The notes below the pieces were generated by a model that saw nothing but the letters and a program-made list of their open reading frames with translations, searched no databases and was not told where the DNA came from. DNA of 64,000 nucleotides, taken from assembly GCA_002104905.1 (NCBI GenBank), contig MCFE01000145.1, forward strand, positions 90,755 through 154,754. Reading direction: 5' to 3'. The stretch is from Basidiobolus meristosporus CBS 931.73 (Eukaryota > Fungi > Basidiobolomycota). Below, one piece after another: positions 14,078 to 25,017 of the stretch (position 1 is the first letter of the stretch; every line of letters begins with the position of its first letter). The translations under genes were made by a program, and so were the position numbers.

Positions 14078-15402
14078 GTGCAGCCAGTTGAGCTACACTC
14101 CAGAAAGGTAGATGAGTTTGCTACAAATGGCAATTGTCTACCACAGCCTCCATTGTTGACAGAGTGGAGATCCCACTAACGGACAAGGCTACACTGTCAA
14201 GAGCCCAAAAGACTATCACAATGCTTTCAGTGGAGTTCTGGAACATTTATAAGCACACCAGGAGGTTGCAGCACTTCTTCAGGAGCAGTGCTCAAGAAAA
14301 TGCACTGGAATATTGCAAGTATTTATTGCAAGGAATGACAGATGAGGTGCTAGACCTTGTAGTGCCAGCTGAAGACCAAGACATGTGGAAACCAGTGAAT
14401 GAACAATGGCATAAAGCTGTTGGGCTCCCAACAAAGTTGTGGAACCAGAGCATTAGTGCAGAAATACTTACCAAGTAGTGGATTTAATAGAGTTACTTGT
14501 TGAGTGTGGGGTTGGGCTTAATGTTAGTCTAGGGTACAGGGACTTGTGTAGGTCAATATAATTGGCAATTGAGGTACAACAGAAGTTTCAACTGAAATAA
14601 ATCAATTTGTATGCATGAGAAGTTAGACAAATGGTTGAGTCAGGAAGTAAGGAGTGTGAAAAAGAGGAAATAGCCAATCAATGCACACAAACATAGGAGG
14701 CAATAGAGTGTCCAGCATCAGAAAGTGAGCAAATTAGCAGGGAACCAAACAAAAGCCACTTATACACTGTTGTGATTAAAAATTTTGTCAAAGTTTTTTG
14801 TAAAATCTGGGGTGCAATTATTTTTCAACAGTCTCTGGATGGTGTCCTGATAGGATCAGTACCTGTTAGTCACAAGACTTTAACTTTGTGATGGCCTTTT
14901 GGCAGGATCATCTTATTAATTTCTCATAGGGGGTTATGATTGCATACTACCAGTTGAGTTAGACACAGTCACTTAGAACTCATTGGATAGGAAATCTAAT
15001 ATGCAGACTGAAGACCTCCTAACCACTTGTACAGAGCAACTTCATCACTATGACCTAAACATTAAAAGAGCTGCTGAACAACTTAAGGATACATGGCTGA
15101 AGAACAAAGTACCCTTTGACAAGTGACACTCAACAAGACTGAAGCCACTATTGCTAGGAGACCCAGTATTACTATATGATTCCACCTTGGACAAGCTATG
15201 GTGTTGGAAATTTGACAACAAATGGACTAGCTCCTACCTCATTTCCAGAGTGATTGGAAATGGAAGTTATTACATATCTGAGCTTGACAACACCCAGATG
15301 AGAGCACCAGTTACAGGGAACCAACCTATGTTATTCAAGCATAGGGACTTTACACATCTGGATTAATTTGTTTTGACTCAAGCTCAAAGCTGAGAGGGGG
15401 GT

Positions 15403-16169
15403 TGAAGTAGTGGGGTCACAGTGACACCCACTGACATATGTGCTCATTACCATATTAGACTTGTTCTGTTGGATAGTGCCACATTGAGCCATGAGTGCCA
15501 AATGATGCCATATTGTGCCAGACAGGTAAAGTGAGCCTTTACTTGGCCACAGAGTGTGAAACATAGCTCTGCATCTTCATGTAAAGCAGCCCCTGTGTTT
15601 CACCCATTGCACAGGAGAAAATCCATTTTTTGACCTTTTTTTGTGGATCAATGTAGCTCAGGATGTGTAAGAGCACAGGAGAGCTGAAGATATGCATCTG
15701 GTACTCAATACCCGTGGCACTCTGAATCTAGCTCCTGTAGCTTGTATCATGTCACAAAAATGAATGGCACTATCTTGGTCCACTGGCACTATCTGGCACT
15801 ATATTTAAATATTATTCCTCAAAGACACTCTTCTGTCTTTGTAACTATTGACCACAGCTGCATTCATATCAGGTCCCTGCTGGTGAAGTTTGCAGTTGCT
15901 TTGACTTTGGAAGCTTTAGTACATTGTCATCAAAGGACCCTGAACCCATCACATCCTTTTGTTAAGATGCCAACTAATTTGGGGATTGTAGTTCAATAGC
16001 TTTCCCTTGACAAGCTTGTGGCTTTATTCCCCATTACATTAGATTAGAGATAGAACCCAAGTATTCCTAACAAGCTTTTGCCAGGGGTTAATGAACCCAG
16101 TGAAAACCCAACACAAAACACTTGAGAAGTGTTGGATGTATCTCTCCCTTGGACTTATACACCACCACA
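15403..16169 (+). repeat. Gypsy-1 3' LTR, interrupted and partly deleted
   Basis: Follows the PPT; matches 5' LTR start and end; PHIS-type insert at 15457. Confidence 0.8.
15457..15799. mobile_element. Non-autonomous PHIS derivative with one TIR
   Basis: att|AGACTTGTTCTGTTGG start and tggcact subterminal repeats; no right TIR seen. Confidence 0.65.
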
Positions 16170-17189
16170 TTGTGCACACTGGCCACAATTGACATACTTC
16201 TATCACCTCAACTTTGTGGCTTTCTAGTGTGATACTGGCAAAGTTGCCATATACCTTGTACTGCAGGTAACATACACATCTTGCAAACATATGCTTGGTT
16301 GTTGCCACTTCTGCCATGAATAACTCCAATATATGCGCAAAGTACTTCTTGGTATTTAGCCAATATATTCGTTCTCCCTACAGGATTCTAGTTCCCCTTA
16401 GAGGTACACTCTGGCTTTTATTTGTGTGAATGCAATATTGAATGGTGTAGAAGTTGGCTTATGACAATTAGAAATCTGGCATATATTGGTAGAGTTTTAT
16501 TGATAAAAACTAACTGATTATCCACATATTGGGGCTGCTTAGCTTCTTAATGCCCTAGGCATAGGTGTCTCTGTATGCACATCTGTCTTCAGTATTTTCC
16601 AACTCTTCTTGCCTGTTCTCCAGGTGCCAACTCAGCACATGCATGCCCAACTTGAAGGTAATATTTTTGATGAGATTGGGATATGGTAGTACCTGCAACT
16701 TGACTTGTCTTCTTGTCTCCCCACACATCCACTCCATGGGAAACTCCCAAAAGGTGAAGCAAGGCCCAATATTCTCCACACACCATGCAAGATTGAGTAG
16801 AGAATTGATGCAGTAGTGGCAGAGATCTACATGTTCAGCTTTATGTTTGTAATACAGCCGCTCAAATCTTGTCATAAATTACTTGCACAACAGCTGTAGA
16901 TGTGTCAAGTTGGCATTGGTGATCTGCTTCTGGAAAGATATTCCTACAATGTCCACCTACGACTCCCAATGCTTCTAATGTACTCTTGGTAGGAATGGCT
17001 TTAAAACACCACTTGAATAATTGCATACTCAGTTCCTCCAGTCTTGGCATTTGTATTGTTGAATCTGAGTATGAATATTGATTGGGGCCCATGAGAAGTA
17101 CTTAAGGTAGCAGATACTCTGTAATATCTTGCCAATTCTTTCTAATTTCTCTAATTTCTTAAAGGTCTCAGTTAACTTGAAATGCCCCA

Positions 17190-19400
17190 TGTACAATTTG
17201 GTCATCAATATAGGGTAATATCAAGGTCATCTCATGTTTAAGTCAGAACCCCTAAAATAAATACCCTGCATATATATACATCATCTGTAACACCAGTTTA
17301 GCCATTTGATTTGATTTGCACCTACACTATCACTTGGGTACCAGCTTGGACACCTATCCAATCACTAAGATCAGGGATTTACTTGCTAAATGTGCTAAAT
17401 GAGATATTTGATGGCTAATCAGCTAGCTTATGTATTGGTTGGTGAGCCAATTAAGGGCTGACAGATTCAGGTTGCTTTTAGACCAATCAACCATTGACAT
17501 ACCATCCAATTGAGGTGACAGCAAAAAAAATGGTAAGTACCAGTGTAGGTTATAGTGAATACACATTTATTTCAACTTACATTAGTGAAACATATCCATA
17601 TACAAATTTTACCTACAACAGAGGTAGTATCCAATTGCTCATATAATGCAAACATTACAAGCTGGGACAATTATCCATGGCAACACCATCATGTCAGATT
17701 GTGCCATAGTGTGCAACAGTGTCCCACTTAGTGTGAAGTTGTCCAAGTGCAATCCTGCCTACTGGTAGCTACAATTTTATGCCCAATTGTCCTTTGCAAC
17801 CACAGATGGTACAATGCACCCTGGCATGGTACAATAGAGGAAGTTGGATGTATTACAAGACAAGCATTGAAGCCAAAAATGAGCTGAGAGTGAGGGGATC
17901 TCATAAGGGAGCCATGCAAGAACAATTCCCTGCCCAATTTGCACAGCACTGGCTGGACATGTTTGTTTGGGACTCAACCTTGGAAGCCAATGAGATTTTG
18001 GATAGGTTCTTGCCTCAGATGAATAATAGACTTGTTCCATTGTGCCATTAATTATAGTGCCAGAGAGTGCTGTATATTTTGTTATTAGTTTGATATTTTA
18101 GGGTCATATGCATGACAATTTTGATCCTAAACTGGCACCGTATGGCACCATCTGGCACTCTGAGGCATGATCAGGCACCATCTGGCATGCTATGGCACTA
18201 TTGGGCACTATGATCAGCCGGAATGATGGAACAAGTCTAATGTATTATGTCATATATTAGTAGAGCTAAGTGGCTTCCAAGAGCAATATGCACAGGACTC
18301 ACCAAGGCAACAGTTCCAAAGTATTAGACAAAGGGTAAGTGAATACCTTGAGGAAGTGGAAGGTGAGCTTCAAGAGGAAGAATAAATGGCACAAGTAGCT
18401 GTGTCTAGATTGTGCCAGCTTGCCTTGCTGGACTACTTATTATCTCTTGCAATGCAAGCATTCCAGTGCACATCAGCCCAATCTACACCAACACCCTACA
18501 CAAGCTTACCCTGCATTGAGTTGACACACATCAGATCAATGTGTGTGCCTTAGAGCAAAACTACCAGAACTTACCAATCTGCTCATTTGATATAAGTCAA
18601 TTAGAGCAGGGCAAGTTGCAACAACATGTAACATTACTTCAAACTCATCCAAGGGCTATGCCAATGCATCAAGTTGCACCTGTGCAATGCAAATCAGCAC
18701 CAAATGATTCAGTAATAGTCCCTGTGAGAAAAAAACCTAGGAGAAGAGGATGCAATTGAATTGAATTGCCATCCTTTGTCATGATGTATACAATGCATTT
18801 TTCTTGCAATCCAAGTCAAGCCATTGCAAATCAGTGATCACTAAAGTTTTGATATAAGTAATATCAAGGTTGTCTCATATTTGAGACAGAACCCCCTATT
18901 AGTAAACACCCTGGGTGTATATACATCATCTGTAACAGCAGTGCAGCTATTGCATCTGAGTTGCACCTATGCAATCACTTGTGTGCTAGCTATGTTAACT
19001 GGTCCAATCACTAAGATCCGGGATTTGCTTGCTAATTGGACAAAATTGAATATTTGGTTGCAAAGCAGGTAGCTTGTGTAGTGGTAAATGACCCAACTAG
19101 GGCTCTCAGCTTCAGGATACTTTTAGACCAATCAACCACTCATATCCCATCCAATTGGAGTGTTGGTAACCAAAATGGCAAGTTTCAGTTTAGATTATAG
19201 TGTGATACACAATTTTTTTCATTGACATTAACAAAACATATCCAAATACTGAATTTTATCTACCACCAAAGTGGCATCAAGTTGTGCACATGATGCAAAC
19301 ATTGCATGTTGGCACATTCATCCATGCCAACCATATTGTGTAAGATTTTCCATTTGCACCAAATTGAATCAAACCACACCTATGCAATCACACATCAATC
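17190..19400 (+). mobile_element. Rearranged PHIS fragments (right arm twice, plus ORF2 remnant)
   Basis: 17190-17830 and 18760-19330 match 25020-25740; 17830-18760 matches ORF2 (KNELRVRG...VPVRKKPRRR). Confidence 0.7.
18028..18238. mobile_element. MITE of the PHIS family (211 bp)
   Basis: 13-bp TIR AGACTTGTTCCAT/ATGGAACAAGTCT and TSD AAT. Empty site at ~23175-23195. Confidence 0.9.
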
Positions 19401-19405
19401 CTGAT

Positions 19406-20290
19406 ATGCCTTACTTATCTGAATTGTCTTTTCTTATCAATCTCATCACTATCACTGGATTCTGTTTTGACACATCAGAGGAGATCTATACCAAGTACTG
19501 TGGACCATGTACCTCAATCTACTCAAGGAAACCCTTTGTAAAACTTCTCTGCCACTACATGAACTATTGCTCTACAAGGTTTCATCCCACCATCATTGGC
19601 AACAGAAATCCTGGAAGCTTTCATTTGCTGCTGACAGAAATGTGGAACCATCTTGCTGAGGGTATGAATGACTTAGAGCAAGCTTAGAATACTTGGCTCC
19701 AAAGCACCAACAGACTTCCACATCCCAGAGTGCTCAGAAATAGGTTCCATATCAGTAATAATTTAGATACATTGCCAGTCAGGATTAACAGACCTACCAT
19801 GGGCAGAGGCACTTTTATTCCGGCAAATACAAGGCACAATCTGTGAAGATTCAAGCACTGTCTGGCATTAAGGGTAACATCATCCAATTTAACAGGCCAT
19901 TGGCTGGAAGTAGGCTACACAAAGCACTCTGGGTAGAGAATCATCCAGGTATTAGCAGAGGAGAGAAATGTATGGCACACTTAGCTTATATAGGAGAACA
20001 TTGTCAGAGGTTAGGATGTATCACAGCTTACAGGATGCCAAGGAATGTTGTGCTTAGCAGGAAGCAGAAGCTCTGCAAGGAAATATTGGATCATTTCTGA
20101 GAGAAAGTAGTGCATACATATGGATATCTAAAGAGATTCAGCATATTAGCATGTATATACAGAGGAAAGTCATGTATCAAAGAAAGCTACATATTTGGTA
20201 ATATAATCAGAATACCTATTATTGCACAGTATGATCACATATGAAGACATCCACTGAGAGAAATGTGTATGGAGCATTATGAAGAGGAAA
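19406..20290 (+). pseudogene. Third DDE_Tnp_4 transposase copy, heavily decayed
   Basis: ORFs 19271-19687 and 19843-20100 align with the 21473-22356 transposase. Confidence 0.8.
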
Positions 20291-20759
20291 TAAAGCTAGA
20301 AAAGCACTATTCTGAGCAACACAAGTAAGATAGAGTAAAATTACAAGTAACTGTATCCTGCCACTGTCATGATGGTAAAGATTATAGTGCCAGATTGTGC
20401 TGTCAGGTCCTGATTGGTAAGTCACTATCAAGTCAGGTGATTAATATCCAATGAAAAATCTCAAGCTAAGAATTCACCCGATTCTTAGCTGGTATTCTAC
20501 TGGTATTCTAATGGTACTTTGCTGGTATTCAGCTTGTGTTTTTGGTGCAAAATTTCAAATGCAATTATTGATAGAAGTAATGGGCTATTGATTAGCAAAT
20601 TTGATATGGATTCTAGTTGGCCTAGTCTCCTTCTGGAGATCTTGTTTGCTTGCCTTCTTGTAAGCTAACAATAGAGATATAGAGAGTTGTCAGTTTTCAG
20701 AAACCTGGAATTCAACTAATTTTATGATGTATTTTACTGTCCAATTCATAATTTTTTCT

Positions 20760-21189
20760 TAGGAAATATTATCTGCATTGGAGATACTCCAGCCATCAGT
20801 AAGATAGCAGGCATTTCTGGGCAAGATGGATGGTATTGCTGCCAATGCATGAGATCCAGGGGATTCATTCCATAACTCATATGTACTGTTTTATCCAAAT
20901 ACTAATACCAAGGACCTCATCTTCCCTCAGAGAAAATATACAGATGTCAGCATGTAATTGCAGCAGAGCTGGCAAGCTATAGGAGATTGGCCAGAATGTG
21001 GAATTAACTGAGCATTTGAGATACTATAGATAGAAGGAACCTGTTGGAGCAAAAGCTTTCCACAGGGAGCAATATCCCCATTGCAGTGATCAAGTGGTAC
21101 ATGGGGCATCTCAAGATATATGGGCCCTTTGAGATACTGGAGAAATCTTAAACAATTGGCAAGATATTACCAAGCATCTACTACCCATA
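20760..21189 (+). pseudogene. CACTA transposase core fragment
   Basis: IGDTPAISKIAGISGQDGWYCCQC fits the GDxPA..K..GH.G...C..C motif. 21098-21189 matches the reverse of 17100-17190. Confidence 0.65.
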
Positions 21190-21472
21190 CCCTATGAAAA
21201 ATAATTTGATCCCATGGGTGAATCCAATGCAGATCAGCCAACAAGAACCATTGAGGAGACCACAATAATATTTGCAGCTTGGAATTAATAGACTTGTTCT
21301 GTTGGATAGTGCCACATAGTGCCAGCCTGTTTATGGTGCTGGATTGATCTGTCACTCTACGGCACTATCTGGCACTATAATTTCTACCATCATGCCAGTG
21401 GTATGATGGAGTTACTGGCAATTTTACTCAATCTTACTTATGTTGCTCAGAATAGTGCTTTCCTTGCTTTAT

Positions 21473-22356
21473 TTACTCTTCATAATGCTCCAGACACATT
21501 TCTCTCAGTGGATGTCTTCTTGTATGAACATACTGTGCATTAATAAGTATCTTTACTATTTTACCTATTCTGCTGTTTTCTCCTATATATGACTTTCCTC
21601 TGTATTTACCTGCCAATATGCTGAATCTCTTCAGATATCCAAGTGTGTGCTCTACCCTCACTCTGAAATAATTAAATATCTCATTGTAGAGCTTCTGCTT
21701 CCTTCTAAGCACACCATTCCTTGGCTTCCTATAAGCTGCAATACTTCCTAATCTCTGACAATCCTCTCCTATATAGGCTAAGTCTGCCATACATTTCTCC
21801 CCTCTACTGAGTTCAGGATGATTCTCTACCCAGAGTGCTTTGTCATGCCTACTTCCAGCAAATGGCCCACTAAACTGGATGATGTTACCCTCAATGTTGG
21901 ACAGTGCTTGAAACTTCACACAGTGTGCCTTGTACTTGCCAGAATAAAAGTGCCTCTGCCCTCTAGAAGGTCTGTTAATCCTCACTGGGAAGGTATCCAA
22001 AATACTCCTGATATGGAACCTGTTGCTGAACATTATGGGATATGGAAGTCTATTGGAGCTTCTGAACCTAGTATTCCAAGCTTGCTCTAAGTCATTCATA
22101 CCCTCTGCAAGGTGGTTCTCCATTGCTGTCAGCTGGGAATGAAAGCTTCTAGGACTTTTGTTGCCATGGATGGTGGGATGAAACCTTGTAGGGCAATAGT
22201 TCTTGTTATAGCAGAGACCTTAACAAGGGATCTCCTAGAGTAGATTGGGGTTGATGGTCCACAATACTTAGAGTAGATCTCCTCTAGTGTGTCAAAAGGA
22301 AATCCAGTGGTAGTGGTGGGATTGATGCGAAAAGACTATTCAGATGAGTAAGTCAT
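21473..22356 (-). pseudogene. DDE_Tnp_4 transposase (~294 aa consensus; one stop and a 1-bp deletion in the N-terminal part)
   Basis: Intact 216-aa C-terminal ORF with DTF, HD, MADLAY and VEH motifs. N-terminus reconstructed from three copies: MTYPSEWSFLINPTTTTGFPFD. Confidence 0.85.
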
Positions 22357-22715
22357 ATTAAAATTGGTGGATGATTGTATGGAGGTGGTTTGACTCAATT
22401 TAGCGCAATCTGCATTATTTATCTGATTTTTAATACATTATGGTTAAATCTCCATCAATTGCCATGTACCCCATCATTATGTTGCAAAAATCATCCCCAA
22501 ACAATGCCATGGTACTTTTGTTGATGCTTTAATCATAGGTCTATAATCAAATAGGAAATCTGCAATTGATGTGATCTGATCCATGTTAACGCAATCCAAG
22601 ATGCATCAAGCATAATATATGGAAAATTCAACAATCACATTAGTTTTCATATATATCTCATATAAGACCAGGTTGATGCCAATATACTGCTGTATAAGTA
22701 TCCAAATCCGTTGCT

Positions 22716-25017
22716 ATGGTCCCCATACCAAGCTTCAACTCATATTTAGTACAACCCAGACAAAACCCATCCCCTGGCTCACAAGCACGGTCCAGACCGG
22801 AAAAGTCAATGTTGGATCTGTTCAAGTTCTTGCCAAATGATTTTAGTATGGCCCAAGTGTCTATGATGAGCCTTCATACAGATATTTGGGCACTACTGAT
22901 TAATCTAGCAGAAATAGATACCTCAGAGAGTCAACAAAGATGGACAAATTTGAGTAGAAAGCTGTGGAATGAGTTCTACATCAAGATGCCAGCCAATGTA
23001 TGTAAGAAGATATATAACATGACAAGTATTGAAATCAAGAATGAGCTGAGAGTGAGGGGATTTGACAAAGAAGCCGCGCAGGAACAATTTTGCGCGCAAT
23101 TTGCACATTATGGGCCGGACGCATCCGTTTGTGCCTCAACTTTGGGAACCAAAGAGATTTTGAATGAGTTTTTGCCTCAAATGACTAATATACTATGTGA
23201 TACATTAGTAGAGCTAAGTGGCTTCTGAGAGCAATATAAACAGGACTCATCCAGGTAACAGCTCCAAAGTATCAGACAGAGGGTAAGTGAATACCTTGAG
23301 GAATCAGATGGTGAGCTACAGGAGGAAGAATACAGACCACAACCAACATTGTCCAGATTGCGCCAGCACACCTTGCTGGATTCCCTACCATCTCTTGCAA
23401 CCACAGTGCGCTGGCGCATGTCAGTCCAGACTACACCAACACCCTTTACCAGAACGCCCCACATTGAGTCAACGTGCTGTGGTGGTGTATAAGTCTAAAG
23501 GGCAAAATATGGCCAACACTTCTCAAGTGTGAATGTGTGTGGGGTGTTCACTGGGTGCAATAACCTCTGGCAAAAGCTTGCTAGGAATACTGGGTCTTTT
23601 GTCTAATCTAATGTGATGGGGGATAAAGCCTCAAGCTTGTCAAGGGAAAACTATTGAACTACAATCCCCAACTTAGTTGGCATCTTAACAAAAGTTTATA
23701 ATGGCTTTGACATCCTTTGAGATGACAATGTACTAAAGCTTCCAAAGTCAAAACAACTGTGAACTCCACCAACAGGGACTTGATAAGAATGCAGCTTTGA
23801 CCAGTAGTTACAAAGACTGAAAAGTATCTTTGCCTGTACAAGAACAAACTTGGGAAAACAAACAAACATAATAAAATATACCTATTCTGAGTATTCCTCA
23901 CAAGTAGTGCCTCCAAGGTCAGTTGGCTGTCAGCACGGTTTCCTGGGAGTGTTGTCAGGTCTGAGTCAGAAAATAGTGGTAATAGGTAGCGGTGATCTCA
24001 CTAATCAATAAGTCGGAATATTGGAAGAGGGATGATTTATTTTAAGAGATAGCCTCCCTTATATACTTTTTTGCTGCTCAATTTCTTGCTAGAGAATACT
24101 TTCCGGAAGTTTCCAGAAGGTAGTAGACAGCCAATCATGTCATTGTGTACTAAAAATAGCGCAAATTCTTGGCGGATTGTTCCATGAGATATAGTAGCAC
24201 CTAGCCAATCAGGTAGTGGTAATATGAAACCCCTGTGTCATGTGGTTGCCTCTTATGGTAGTAGGATAGGAGGGTTATGAAACCAAAATGGTCACATGAC
24301 ATGGGCACTGTTGGGGTACTGGCCTTATATGGTAACTATCTTATCTTGGCATCTTGGCAAGGAATAGGAATAGCTTGTGCAATAGGTTAATAGTGACAAA
24401 TAGTATGTCAGGTTGCATAGTAATAATCACATAGACAGAATGGAAAGTATTGCAATTTGGGATGATACTAATATAGGGGGGTAATCCTTTTTTAGGGAAG
24501 TGAACGTATGAGAATGAGCACATCTGCCTGTGGGTGTCACTGTGACCCCACTACAGAGCAAAATTACAAGAACCTGCCGAACTGCTCATTTAGACACAAG
24601 TCCATTGGAGCGGACCAAGTTGTGTCACATGCAGCATCACATTGAACTCAGCCAAGGGCCATCTCAATATGTCAAGGCACCCCTGCACGTGCCATTTTGC
24701 CTGACCATCAGCAAGTTACTTCTGGTGAACTGACTGATGATGACCAACATGAAGTGGCTCAACCACCGGAGCCCTTGGCAAGTAAAAGAACGCGTCAGTG
24801 CGTGGCACTACAGGCCGGTTCAGTTTGTTCAGTTGGAGCAATTCAGCACGGCCAAGCTGCAGCATTGCACTCATCAACTAGGAGGCAAAATACTGACTAC
24901 AAATACATAAGTAGCCAAGATGATAGTCAGCCAGGAAGTAGTATAGGTGTGCAAAGTGAGTCACTACCAAATGCTTCAGTAGTAATCCCTGTGAGAAAAA
25001 AACCCAGGAGAAGATGA
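22716..25017 (+). pseudogene. PHIS ORF2, putative DNA-binding partner, interrupted by a solo LTR
   Basis: ORF 22716-23228 stops at a TGA (CAA in the paralog). C-terminal piece 24697-25017 ends PVRKKPRRR; homologous pieces at 10580-11030 and 17830-18760. Confidence 0.65.
23478..24555 (-). mobile_element. Solo Gypsy-1 LTR (1078 bp)
   Basis: Reverse complement runs TGTAGTGGGGTCAC...TATACACCACCACA; flanks gtgc/gagc. Confidence 0.85.

Larger units (their letters stand above)
7586..14933 (-). mobile_element. CACTA/EnSpm element B with both TIRs, inserted in the Gypsy-1 integrase
   Basis: Left CCCTATGAAAAATAATTTGG and right ...ttaatttctcataggg. Flanks gga/ggt fit a 3-bp TSD that restores YG-YDCILP. 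Confidence 0.75.
2986..15366 (+). pseudogene. Gypsy-1 gag-pol remnant (pieces 2986-6041, 7272-7585, 14934-15366)
   Basis: gag FDGKNVESF; RT ILEPCHGPYANRW and VFVDEM; RNaseH VDASPIEAG; integrase HRGQEAT..YYW, EDIICRFG..HPQAN..AERG..SPFKLLYG, resuming YDCILPVEL and GDPVLLYDS. Many stops and frameshifts; no protease motif found. Confidence 0.85.
1785..16169 (+). mobile_element. Ty3/Gypsy LTR retrotransposon (Gypsy-1), decayed, carrying nested insertions
   Basis: 5' LTR 1785-2845, PBS-like TGGCACCCAAG at ~2850, gag/RT/RNaseH/integrase remnants, PPT gagaggggg at ~15392, 3' LTR 15403-16169. Confidence 0.85.
1224..17185 (-). mobile_element. CACTA/EnSpm element A (pieces 1224-1784 and 16170-~17185), split by a Gypsy insertion
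   Basis: TIR CACTATGAAAAATAATTT at 1224. Sequence at 1771-1784 resumes at 16172, by comparison with uninterrupted copies at ~8135 and ~26210. ORF 16555-16875 has the Tnp2-type motif FERLYY...GPCFTFWEFPMEWMCG. Confidence 0.75.
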
